A stretch of DNA of 64,000 nt, from contig JAOQIN010000001.1 in NCBI GenBank assembly GCA_026134085.1, forward strand, positions 21,344-85,343, in the 5' to 3' direction. Positions within the stretch are counted from its first letter, which is position 1; every line of letters starts with the position of its first letter. This stretch comes from Candidatus Methanoxibalbensis ujae (GTDB lineage: Archaea > Halobacteriota > Syntropharchaeia > Alkanophagales > Methanospirareceae). Below are positions 55,766 to 64,000 of this stretch, piece by piece. The position numbers and the translations under genes are program-made. The notes beneath the pieces are model-generated. The model saw only the letters and a program-made list of their open reading frames with translations. It made no database searches and had not been told where the DNA came from.

Positions 55766-56382
55766 ATGCGGTGGTTCTTGCAGGCGGAAGGAGCAGAAGA
55801 ATGGGATTTGAGAAGGCAATAGCAGATATATGCGGAAGGAAGATGATAGAATATGTGCTTGATGCTTTGAAATGCTCTGAAGTGGATGGTTTTGTGGTTG
55901 CGACGAGTGAGCGAAATGCGCCAAAAACAAAAGAATATTGCGTGCGCATGCATTACGATGTCTTTGAAACGCCGGGCAGAGGATATCACGAGGATATACG
56001 GTTCATCCAGCATCACCTGTTCCGAGAATTTATATCAGTTGCATGTGACATTCCTTTTTTGAGAGGCGTGCACATTAACGCATTGATCCTCGCCTATAAA
56101 AAAGCGATGAAGGAGAGGAAGAGCATCACAGGCGTTGTGCCTTTGAGCATAATCCCGCATGGATTCTCGCCGAGCCATGTCATTGAGCTGAGTAATGTGG
56201 CTGAGCGGGTTGAGCGGAGAGTTGAGGTCGTTGAGAACAAATATGTGGCATTTGGATTAAATGTGGTATCCAAGAATGAAGATGCTATTTTCGTGTTTGA
56301 GGATGCTCTTCTCGGCATAAATGTGAATACAATGGCAGAGTTGAAGCTTGCAAATTATTTTATGCTCTCAAGAAAGACATAA
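55762..56382 (+). CDS. MobA-like NTP-transferase domain protein (molybdenum cofactor guanylyltransferase / CobY-like)
   Basis: It has the N-terminal NAVVLAGGRSRRMGFEKA nucleotide-binding motif. It overlaps the sufBD stop. Confidence 0.45.
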   Translation: MNAVVLAGGRSRRMGFEKAIADICGRKMIEYVLDALKCSEVDGFVVATSERNAPKTKEYCVRMHYDVFETPGRGYHEDIRFIQHHLFREFISVACDIPFLRGVHINALILAYKKAMKERKSITGVVPLSIIPHGFSPSHVIELSNVAERVERRVEVVENKYVAFGLNVVSKNEDAIFVFEDALLGINVNTMAELKLANYFMLSRKT

Positions 56383-56419
56383 CTCATCCCTGTATCTGTT
56401 TGCTCAAATGCTTGCAGCA

Positions 56420-56508
56420 TGCGCCGGCCGGGACTCGAACCCGGGTTAGAGGCTTTTTGCCCCGCAGAGGATGGCAAGCCTCTGTGATAACCACTACACT
56501 ACCGGCGC
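56420..56508 (-). tRNA. tRNA gene with anticodon-loop intron, probably tRNA-Gly(GCC)
   Basis: The reverse complement reads GCGCCGG-TA-GTG-AGTGGTTAT-CAC-A-GAGGC-TTGCCA-[intron ~17 nt TCCTCTGCGGGGCAAAA]-A-GCCTC-TAAC-CCGGG-TTCGAGT-CCCGG-CCGGCGC-A. The acceptor and T arms are perfect. Its 88-nt length implies an intron at the canonical 37/38 position. Confidence 0.6.
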
Positions 56509-56650
56509 CTCTCTTTTCTGTTTTTTATTTTTTTGTTTTTCTTTTTTTTGTTTTTATTTTTTTGTTTTTGCTTTTGTTGTTTTTGTTGTTTTTGTCTTTA
56601 TTTCTTATTTGCTTCTGATTTGCTTTTGATCATGATCCTGCATGAATGTC

Positions 56651-57904
56651 CTATTCTATGACATATTCATCGCCATTTTTTGGTGCGATGGCGTTGCAGC
56701 CGATGTTCTCGCGTATCCATGCGGCGAACTCCTCTGAATTATCGCCGTGCATTGTGAAAACGATTTCCGTGCCTTTTCTGCAGAAGTGTTCAACGAGTTT
56801 TTTAAGCTCGGAATCGCCTGCATGTGCGGAGAAATCATATTGCTCAACCTCAGCATGGACCCTCAGCATGCCTTCTTCGGTCTCAACGCTCTTATCCTCA
56901 AGCAGTCTCCTGCCATTTGTGCCGTCTATCTGATATCCCGTGAGGAGCACCTTGCTTTTCGGGTCATCATGCACATGTCTCAGATAATAAAGGACGGGGC
57001 CTCCGTTGAGCATGCCCGCGGTTGTGACTATTGCGGAAGGCTGAGACAGTGCCTTCTTTCGCTTTCGCTTACCGTTTATGAATTTCGCCTCCTTGAAAGC
57101 CGCTGACAGAGCCTCAGAATCCCTTATGAATGAGGGATGCCTCTCAAATATCTTGAAAACGCTTATGCCAAGACCATCAACATACGGAACGATGCCATGA
57201 GCATGGAGTATCATCACGATCTCCTGCGTCCTGCCAACTGCAAAGCACGGTATGATGGCATGACCTCCTCTTGAGATAGTGTCCTCAACGGAATCAACAA
57301 ATTCTCTCTCAAGCTCGCTCCTCTTCCTGTGTTCTGTGCCGTAATATGTGCTCTCAACGATGAGAACATCGGCACACGGAAATTCATCAAGCGATGCTGA
57401 ATTCAACAGTTTTGTGTTTTCCAGCTTTATGTCCCCTGTGTAGAACACGCTTATATCCTCGCGCTCGTTCCTGATGAACACGGATGCACTTCCGGGTATG
57501 TGTCCTGCGTTGAACATCTCACACACATATGAATCCACAACGAACTGCTTTCTGTAATTGAAGAGTCGTGCGCATTTTGCCACCCTCTCAACATCTTCGC
57601 TGTCATATATGTGAATGCCATGAGAATTTCCGAGCTTTATCGTGTCTTTCCACAGTATTAAAGCGATATCACATGTGACGGGAGTCATGAACAGATCAGG
57701 AAAGCTGTTCATCAGCTTCGGAATCATGCCTGAATGGTCAAGATGCGCGTGAGATACAATAACAGAGTGCACTCTCCCGTTGTGAGGTGCTGGCATTTCA
57801 GGTGGATCCGCGGGTCTTATGCCATAATCTATCAGAATCTTTCCATCAATCAACACTGCCGAACGCCCGACTTCAGAGCAGCCACCGAGAAACTTTATCC
57901 TCAT
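56651..57904 (-). CDS. beta-CASP / metallo-beta-lactamase-fold ribonuclease (aCPSF-like, no KH domains)
   Basis: It has the SHAHLDHSG (HxHxDH) motif and beta-CASP region motifs. The size is 417 aa. Confidence 0.7.
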   Translation of the reverse strand: MRIKFLGGCSEVGRSAVLIDGKILIDYGIRPADPPEMPAPHNGRVHSVIVSHAHLDHSGMIPKLMNSFPDLFMTPVTCDIALILWKDTIKLGNSHGIHIYDSEDVERVAKCARLFNYRKQFVVDSYVCEMFNAGHIPGSASVFIRNEREDISVFYTGDIKLENTKLLNSASLDEFPCADVLIVESTYYGTEHRKRSELEREFVDSVEDTISRGGHAIIPCFAVGRTQEIVMILHAHGIVPYVDGLGISVFKIFERHPSFIRDSEALSAAFKEAKFINGKRKRKKALSQPSAIVTTAGMLNGGPVLYYLRHVHDDPKSKVLLTGYQIDGTNGRRLLEDKSVETEEGMLRVHAEVEQYDFSAHAGDSELKKLVEHFCRKGTEIVFTMHGDNSEEFAAWIRENIGCNAIAPKNGDEYVIE

Positions 57905-57950
57905 TTCCGCATCCTCTCTTTTTATCTTCGCTGTTTTATTTTCCTCTCTC

Positions 57951-58529
57951 CTATATCTGCCTTTCTCCGATCTCAGTTTTCGTGATCTCTATGCGACGCA
58001 CAGGATATATCTTCTTCACACGCTTGTATATGTCTGAAGATAGCTTTCCGAGCAGTATCTCCTGCATGAATGGATGAAGTTCAAGGCTGCGTGCGCGCTC
58101 CTCTATGACGGATTCCATCTCCTTCCTTATCAGGGTTTCCTGCGCGTTGCTCGCACGCCTTACAGTGAAACATGAGCCTTTCACTCGCATTTTCTCACCA
58201 TCTTTTGTTGTGACGACAACATTCACATCTATCTTTGATATTCGCCTCCTCGCGAGGCTCCGCAGGTAATCGCTGTCCGTCCTGTGCCCTATGAGCTTCG
58301 TCTTCGCCCTGTCTCCTTCCACCTTATATATCTGCAGAATGAGCTTCGTGTATGAGCTCCTGATAAGACGCCCGGTCAGCTCTTCAAGCGTCAGCTCAAC
58401 CTTCCTGCCTATGAGCTTTGAGGGATCATCAGCAGGTGTCTCGCCGACCACCATCTCCCCAAAATTCTCAGGCGCATATATGGTATACCACTGCTTGACC
58501 TTCCTCCTCTCCCTATGCCCTCTTTTCAT
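57951..58529 (-). CDS. rps3ae: 30S ribosomal protein eS1 (S3Ae)
   Basis: It has KQWYTIYAPENFG, the S3Ae signature. The likely start is M8 at about 58529. Confidence 0.75.
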   Translation of the reverse strand: MKRGHRERRKVKQWYTIYAPENFGEMVVGETPADDPSKLIGRKVELTLEELTGRLIRSSYTKLILQIYKVEGDRAKTKLIGHRTDSDYLRSLARRRISKIDVNVVVTTKDGEKMRVKGSCFTVRRASNAQETLIRKEMESVIEERARSLELHPFMQEILLGKLSSDIYKRVKKIYPVRRIEITKTEIGERQI

Positions 58530-58729
58530 AGCAGCTCTCCATCCTCTCAATCTTTTTCATGCGTTGGATCGCGGCAGTTGCCGAAAGCGTCCGCTTCCAA
58601 AAGCGGCAGCAACATTAGTATGTTCCATTTCTATTTTATATTTTTTCCCTCTTCTTTATATACTCTGTCCCCCCCGGACCGCTCCATGCAGGAAGCAGGA
58701 ACAGATGAGGAATAAAAAGGAAAAAAGCA

Positions 58730-59971
58730 TCAAGCGAACATCACTCCACTTTCAAGTGATTTCGTGTATCTGCTCTGCTCACTTCTCATTATTTTTCGTA
58801 TTGCACGCTCAAAATCTTCCATTTCAACAGCATTTTTGCTCTGTTTAACAGCGAACATGCCCGCTTCTGTGCATATAGCTTTTATATCTGCGCCTGTTGC
58901 GCCCTCAGAGAGTGATGCGAGTTTTTTCAGATCAACATTTGGTGCAAGTTTCATTTTTGATGTGTGTATTCTGAATATCTCCTCACGACCTTCTGCGTCA
59001 GGCAGCGGTATGAATATGATTCTGTCAAATCTTCCGGGTCTGAGAAGGGCTGGATCAAGTATGTCAGGTCTGTTTGTTGCGCCGATGACTTTCACATCTC
59101 CTCTCGGGTCAAATCCGTCAATTTCGGCTAGGAGCTGCATCATTGTCCGCTGAACCTCCCTCTCACCTGATGTGCTGTCCTCATCCCTGCGAGCAGCGAT
59201 GGCATCTATCTCATCTATGAATACAATTGACGGTGCTTTCTCTCTTGCAAGCTCAAAAAGCTCACGGACGAGCCTTGCACCTTCTCCTATGTATTTCTGG
59301 ACGAGTTCAGAGCCTATCACTCGTATGAATGTCGCTGAGGTTCTGTTTGCAACAGCCTTTGCGAGCATAGTCTTTCCTGTGCCAGGCGGTCCCACAAGCA
59401 GCACTCCCCTGGGAGGTTCAACGCCGAGCTTTTCAAATCTCTCAGGATCGCTCAGCGGAAGCTCCACAACCTCACGAATCTCCTCTATCTGCTCCTTCAG
59501 ACCACCTATCATCCCATATGTGACATCAGGCGCCTCAATTACCTCCATGCCATACACAAACGGGTCCTTCTGCGATGGCAGCACTCCTATCACCGAGAGA
59601 GACTGCTGGTTCAGCGCCACCTGCACGCCGGGCTGAATGTCCCTTCTGTTGAGGAACTGCGAGTAATTCACCACAAAGCGAGGGCCAGTGCTGCTCTTCA
59701 CAATCGCTCTGCGGTCGTCAATAACCTCAACAATTGTCCCAACGATGAGCGGAGGAGCCCTCAGCCTCTCTATCTCAGAACGCAACTTCCTTATCTCACG
59801 TTCATATCTCAGTTTCAACTCCTCCTCACGACGCCTCTCACGCTCCAAACTTTCCAATCTCGTCTTCAATATAAGGTTTGCCTCTTCCAACTGCTTTATC
59901 TTGTCAAGCAAGTATTTTGCATAGTCCTCATCAAATGACGCGCTGCCACTACTGCTCACTTCTTTCATCAA
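58730..59971 (-). CDS. pan: Proteasome-activating nucleotidase PAN (AAA+ ATPase)
   Basis: It has an N-terminal coiled coil, Walker [14 protein letters not shown], Walker [10 protein letters not shown] and second region of homology LLRPGRFDR. Confidence 0.9.
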   Translation of the reverse strand: MMKEVSSSGSASFDEDYAKYLLDKIKQLEEANLILKTRLESLERERRREEELKLRYEREIRKLRSEIERLRAPPLIVGTIVEVIDDRRAIVKSSTGPRFVVNYSQFLNRRDIQPGVQVALNQQSLSVIGVLPSQKDPFVYGMEVIEAPDVTYGMIGGLKEQIEEIREVVELPLSDPERFEKLGVEPPRGVLLVGPPGTGKTMLAKAVANRTSATFIRVIGSELVQKYIGEGARLVRELFELAREKAPSIVFIDEIDAIAARRDEDSTSGEREVQRTMMQLLAEIDGFDPRGDVKVIGATNRPDILDPALLRPGRFDRIIFIPLPDAEGREEIFRIHTSKMKLAPNVDLKKLASLSEGATGADIKAICTEAGMFAVKQSKNAVEMEDFERAIRKIMRSEQSRYTKSLESGVMFA

Positions 59972-60194
59972 ATTATGTTTTATACGATCATTATAAAAAA
60001 ATGCCTCATAAGTCTGTGCCGGGAGGTCTACCTTCTGCCGGACTTCCTCCGAAAGGGGGAGGAGACCTCATGCAATATTTAAATAGTTTTAATTTCAATC
60101 ATAAATAATATTTTGGAGATGCACGGGATGGTGTGAGAAGAGCATGAGGCTGCCTGCGGAAAGCAGCTGAACTCCCTGCGCGGGGGTAGTTCAT

Positions 60195-60620
60195 ATGGCT
60201 GTGTATTGTGAGATATGCGGCTCTGAGATAAAAAGGGAAATACACTTGATACGGGTGAACTCCTCAGAACTCAGAGTCTGCAAATCATGCGCAAAATACG
60301 GCGAGGTTAAAAAAGTTTTGGAGAAGAATCAGTTAGCTCATTCTGCAGCTCGTTCACCCGCCTCATCCCCACAGATATCGCCGTCAGATGATAAAAAAAC
60401 AACAAAAATATATGAGCAGATGTTGCAGGATCTCAATGAAGAGGAGGATGAGGATTTTGGCAGGCGAGTTAAAGAAGCACGCGAGCGGAAAGGATGGAAA
60501 CAGGAGGAACTTGCACAGAAGATACATGAGAAACAATCTATCATACGGAAAATAGAGACAGGAGATATCATTCCCACAAAAGAACTGCGTGAAAAATTGC
60601 AACGTGTCCTGAATATCTGA
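60195..60620 (+). CDS. Archaeal MBF1-like protein (N-terminal zinc ribbon + C-terminal XRE-type HTH)
   Basis: It has CEICGSEI...CKSC, then a linker, then an HTH_3-like segment GWKQEELAQKIHEKQSIIRKIETG. Confidence 0.6.
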   Translation: MAVYCEICGSEIKREIHLIRVNSSELRVCKSCAKYGEVKKVLEKNQLAHSAARSPASSPQISPSDDKKTTKIYEQMLQDLNEEEDEDFGRRVKEARERKGWKQEELAQKIHEKQSIIRKIETGDIIPTKELREKLQRVLNI

Positions 60621-61821
60621 TATGATGGAGGATTGCTCTTCACTCCTCTCTTTTCTCTCTTTTTTCTTCTTTTTTTCTTCTTCCCACTTTTTTCTTCCCT
60701 TTTTTTCCTTCCTCTCTTTTTTCCTTTTTAAGAATATATTGCTGCCTATTGCTGCCGATTCCCGCCTTTTTAAATGGAGCATGTGAGTTTTGTGTGATAT
60801 GTGCATATCCAGAACGGATGAGAGGAGCCCTGAAAGCCTGTGTGGAGGAAGATCTACGCAGCAATGAGCTGTGGCAAGTCTCCTCAATGAGGAACATATG
60901 TCACTGTATGCCCCAGTGATGGGAGGAGGTCACAGTGGGGAGTGGGTGAACCACCCTGTGGCAGGGCTTCCTGATTCAGAGGGAAGTGACATTCTCCAAT
61001 CCCATCACCAATCGTTTCCGCCTCCCAGGACTTAAGGATCTGTTGTCTCATATGCCTATCTGACGGTGCCACCCGCCTCCAGTCTCAAAACAGAATTTCC
61101 AACTATCATAACGCCTTTCAAGGGCTTGAGTTCCCCGTTTTTCATACGTTCTGCGCCAAGTCACCTGATGTCGGAGATGCCGTGTGAGTATGACATCATT
61201 CACAAATATTCCATCTCTGACATCCCTCAACAATTCATCTTTTGTTGCGATTGTGTTGCTCTCAATGCATAAGGAGTGAGGTCGTATCCTCTGAATGCAT
61301 AAAGGTTCAGTATACCTTCCTCAACAAAACAGTGCGCTGTGAATGGACACTTTCTCCATCCTCCTGTGTTCAACAAAGGGCTGTGCCATTGTATTGTCGT
61401 TAAGATGCGACCTTTAAGATGAGACCTGTTCACCTATCGCGGAGAGCGATTTTTCTGCACACTCTCAGCGCTGAAACAAGCAGTGAGTGATATGATGTCG
61501 TGTTTAGTCAAGATTGCCATTTTTAAGCGGTTGTTTCCGTTGATGTATGTTCACAGTTAAGTGTATCGCAAATTTCGCGAATCCTTTATAGTTCCTTTCC
61601 CGCGACACTTCACAGCAAAGATAGGATGATAGGATAGCAGATGAACACCTCTCCCTCTGTATCGCCTCGCTTTCGCAAGAGAAAGCAGCGGAAAGTTAAT
61701 GGAGATTCAGATATGAAACTGAAAAACATATCAGATGCGGCTTATACGCATCAATTAAATTCATCATGGAGTGTGAAAAACGGCATCAAGTTTGTGATGA
61801 CGGTATAGCTGTGAATTGGCG

Positions 61822-63114
61822 TTATTGCATTGGAGACATCGCTTTTTCACGCCTCACGCGCTGCGTTTCTTTTTCAATCTCTGATGTCAGGAAATTTATA
61901 ATTTTATCGGCTGTCTCGTTTTCGGCTTCATTCTCAGCAAGTTTCTTAAGTGCGCTCACGAGGGGATGCAGTGTTTTGAACATGAGAGATCTTGAAAATG
62001 CATTCAGAACGCTTTCTGCATCCTTACCTCTCCTCAAATATGCGAGAGCCTCATTTATTTCTGCTTCTCCAACAGCTCTCCCGTGATTGTATATGGAGGA
62101 TATCAATCTTTCAACACGCTTCCGCTTCAAAATCTTCTCCAATATACGCAGTTCCTCCTCTATTATGCGCTCAACTTTGCTGACTTCGCCCAAGCGACGC
62201 CTGAGGTTCTCCTCACTTATCTCCCGCAGACAGTCTATATCAAAAAGCTTCACTCCCTCTATATCGGAAACACGTTCCTCAACATCTCTCGGATTTGCTA
62301 TGTCAATGATGAGAAGCTCACGGTTCCTCCGCTCAGCCATAACTTCCTTCACAGAATCGTATGTGAGTATGTAATGAGGCGCTGAAGTTGTGCTTATCAC
62401 GACATCACATACACGCAGATAATATTCCTTCTCCTCAAGCCGCGCTGCAAAGCCGCCAACTTCTCTCGCGAGCTGAATTGCCTTCTCAAATGTGCGGTTT
62501 GCGATGAACATGCCGCTCAGCTCCTTCTCCGCAAGCGCCTTCGCGACGAGTGTCCCCATCTCACCCGCTCCTATGACGAGAATGCTCTTTCCCTTCAAAC
62601 CTCCTGTCTCCCTCTCAGCGAGTTCAACAGCGGCAGAACCTATGGAAACAGAGCCCTCGTTTATCCTTGTCTCCCGTCTCACACGCTTGCCCACCTTGAC
62701 CGCACGGTCAAACACAATATCAAGAATCTCATCAATTGTCTTCGCTTTCTTGCAGTCAAAGTAGCTCTTCCTTATCTGACCCAAAATCTGGTCCTCGCCC
62801 ACAATCATGGACTCAAGCCCACATGAAACACGGAAAAGATGATTGATCGCATCAACGCCACATATGATATCTCCCTCTCCAAGATATCTCCTGAGATCCT
62901 CCAACACATCTGAGACATCTTCAGCAGACACATAGATTTCAACACGATTGCATGTGTTGATGAACACAAAACCGCTTACCCTTTTATCCTCGCTCAACAT
63001 TTCAGGTCTGAATCTCATGAAAATATCAGTCAAATCGTCAACCGTGCACCTCCTGTATGAGAAAGATAAGACGCCTATATCAGGCATTACCTCATCACCT
63101 TCCCATTTTTTCAT
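61822..63114 (-). CDS. hemA: Glutamyl-tRNA reductase
   Basis: It has the INTCNRVEIY catalytic-Cys motif, the NADPH-binding GAGEMG motif and the HemA length. Confidence 0.85.
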   Translation of the reverse strand: MKKWEGDEVMPDIGVLSFSYRRCTVDDLTDIFMRFRPEMLSEDKRVSGFVFINTCNRVEIYVSAEDVSDVLEDLRRYLGEGDIICGVDAINHLFRVSCGLESMIVGEDQILGQIRKSYFDCKKAKTIDEILDIVFDRAVKVGKRVRRETRINEGSVSIGSAAVELAERETGGLKGKSILVIGAGEMGTLVAKALAEKELSGMFIANRTFEKAIQLAREVGGFAARLEEKEYYLRVCDVVISTTSAPHYILTYDSVKEVMAERRNRELLIIDIANPRDVEERVSDIEGVKLFDIDCLREISEENLRRRLGEVSKVERIIEEELRILEKILKRKRVERLISSIYNHGRAVGEAEINEALAYLRRGKDAESVLNAFSRSLMFKTLHPLVSALKKLAENEAENETADKIINFLTSEIEKETQRVRREKAMSPMQ

Positions 63115-63222
63115 TTGAAAATATCCCGTTATAAATCCACATCATTTTTGCCGATATCAACATCTTATTTATATCAGCACAACTCATTCACTCCGTGCGC
63201 TGCACATCATACACAACCACAA

Positions 63223-63921
63223 TCACCGTTCACGGTTGTTCGGGCTTTTTCCTCTCTTTTTCTGCTGCGAGCATTTTTGCATCATTTCAATCATGCTATC
63301 AACGAAATTCGCGATACGCGCTTTTGAGGATTCAATGTCATCATCAAGTGCTTCCCAACACTCGGAGGAGTTAAGCACATTGTTCAAAATTTCCCTCCGC
63401 TGTTTGTGGTCATGCACGAAATTCCTCAAGTGCGCCCTGAGCCATGTCTGGATCCTGAGCATCTTCGCATCATCATCACATATTACAGATGCTATCCTGC
63501 GCTTCATGCGGCGAGCCATCGCTGGAGAGCTCCCTGATGTTGATATCGCAATTATGAAACCGTCCCTGCGGATGACAGAGGACATGAACATATCTCCCTT
63601 ATCTCCGTAATTCACAAGCGATGATGAGAATCTTGCAATTTCGTAAATGCGTTCGTTCAGCGCATCATCATCGGTGCATATAATGACAATAAACGCACCT
63701 TCAACAATCTTATCTATGTCAGCATGCCACAGGTCACATTTTATACATTCTATCTCCCCATTTCTGTATCTTTTCTTCAATTCATCTGCAAAATCAAGAC
63801 TATATACCTCAATATTCCTGCATCCAGATTCCAATATCTGCCGCACTTTGCGCTCTGCAACATTCCCCCCTCCAAATACCACAACCCTCTTCGCGGAAAT
63901 ATCCACAAACATGGGGAACAT
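63223..63921 (-). CDS. sirC: Precorrin-2 dehydrogenase / sirohydrochlorin ferrochelatase (SirC/Met8-like, siroheme synthase N-terminal domain)
   Basis: It has MFPMFVDISAKRVVVFGGGNVAERK, the CysG-N/Met8 Rossmann start. The likely start is M21 at about 63921. It sits downstream of hemA on the same strand. Confidence 0.7.
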   Translation of the reverse strand: MFPMFVDISAKRVVVFGGGNVAERKVRQILESGCRNIEVYSLDFADELKKRYRNGEIECIKCDLWHADIDKIVEGAFIVIICTDDDALNERIYEIARFSSSLVNYGDKGDMFMSSVIRRDGFIIAISTSGSSPAMARRMKRRIASVICDDDAKMLRIQTWLRAHLRNFVHDHKQRREILNNVLNSSECWEALDDDIESSKARIANFVDSMIEMMQKCSQQKKRGKSPNNRER

Positions 63922-64000
63922 TTCATATATATTCGCCGGTAAAGTTAAAAATCTTTCCGCTGATGATTCCTGCCTGAACATTAAAAGCTGTTGAATCAGA

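Noticed and set aside
60884-61433. Three consecutive 60-68-aa minus-strand ORFs in the 1.2-kb gap as a frameshifted pseudogene
   Set aside because: I could not recognise any protein family in the concatenated translation, so I left it as an unexplained non-coding gap.

Overview
This 64-kb window is an archaeal (euryarchaeal) chromosomal segment. The coding is archaea-specific: TiaS, AglB/STT3 with the WWDYG motif, Elp3, PAN, eS1/S3Ae, HMG-CoA reductase, Thi4, aMBF1, a FwdA-like protein, tungsten AOR, an intron-containing tRNA and BRE/TATA-type promoters. The overall GC content is about 47-50%, judged by eye.

Most of the window is densely packed core metabolism and information-processing genes:
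- A uS14-uS8 ribosomal pair, a standalone NifB, and prs.
- A 1232-aa AglB.
- An AOR gene divergent from Elp3.
- uppP and glmS.
- A split FrhB-like plus GltS-FMN gene pair, which I read as a putative F420-dependent glutamate synthase.
- hisC and a radical-SAM/SPASM gene.
- A 1257-aa cobN.
- An operon running hmgA, thi4, sufC, sufBD and a MobA-like gene.
- An aCPSF-like beta-CASP RNase, eS1, PAN, and hemA-sirC.

Three regions stand out from this background.

1. An AT-rich island of about 6 kb (roughly 38.7-44.6 kb) sits between an MgtE-like transporter gene and cobN. It is built from short cassette-like modules:
- a two-gene module with a TIR/flavodoxin-like N-terminal domain and a HAD phosphatase;
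- a K+-channel-like protein;
- a HicB/HicA pair;
- an MNT/HEPN pair;
- decayed fragments, including a gene broken by a 13-bp tandem duplication.
Four homologous intergenic elements of about 100-150 nt separate the modules. Three of them end in a GTTRRRY motif. The layout is integron-cassette-like, but no integrase lies in the window. I rank this island as the best candidate for an undescribed defence or mobile system.

2. A cell-surface cluster (22.2-26.9 kb) holds an exosortase/archaeosortase-like membrane protein, a membrane protein with a C2H2-like tail, and two secreted FN3 proteins, one carrying dockerin repeats.

3. The genome shows an unusual habit of short tandem repeats, both between genes and in frame inside housekeeping genes (TiaS, AglB, GlmS, the FwdA-like tail).

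All calls rest on reading motifs in the supplied translations and the DNA. No database searches were run, and hand-read coordinates may be off by 1-2 nt in places.
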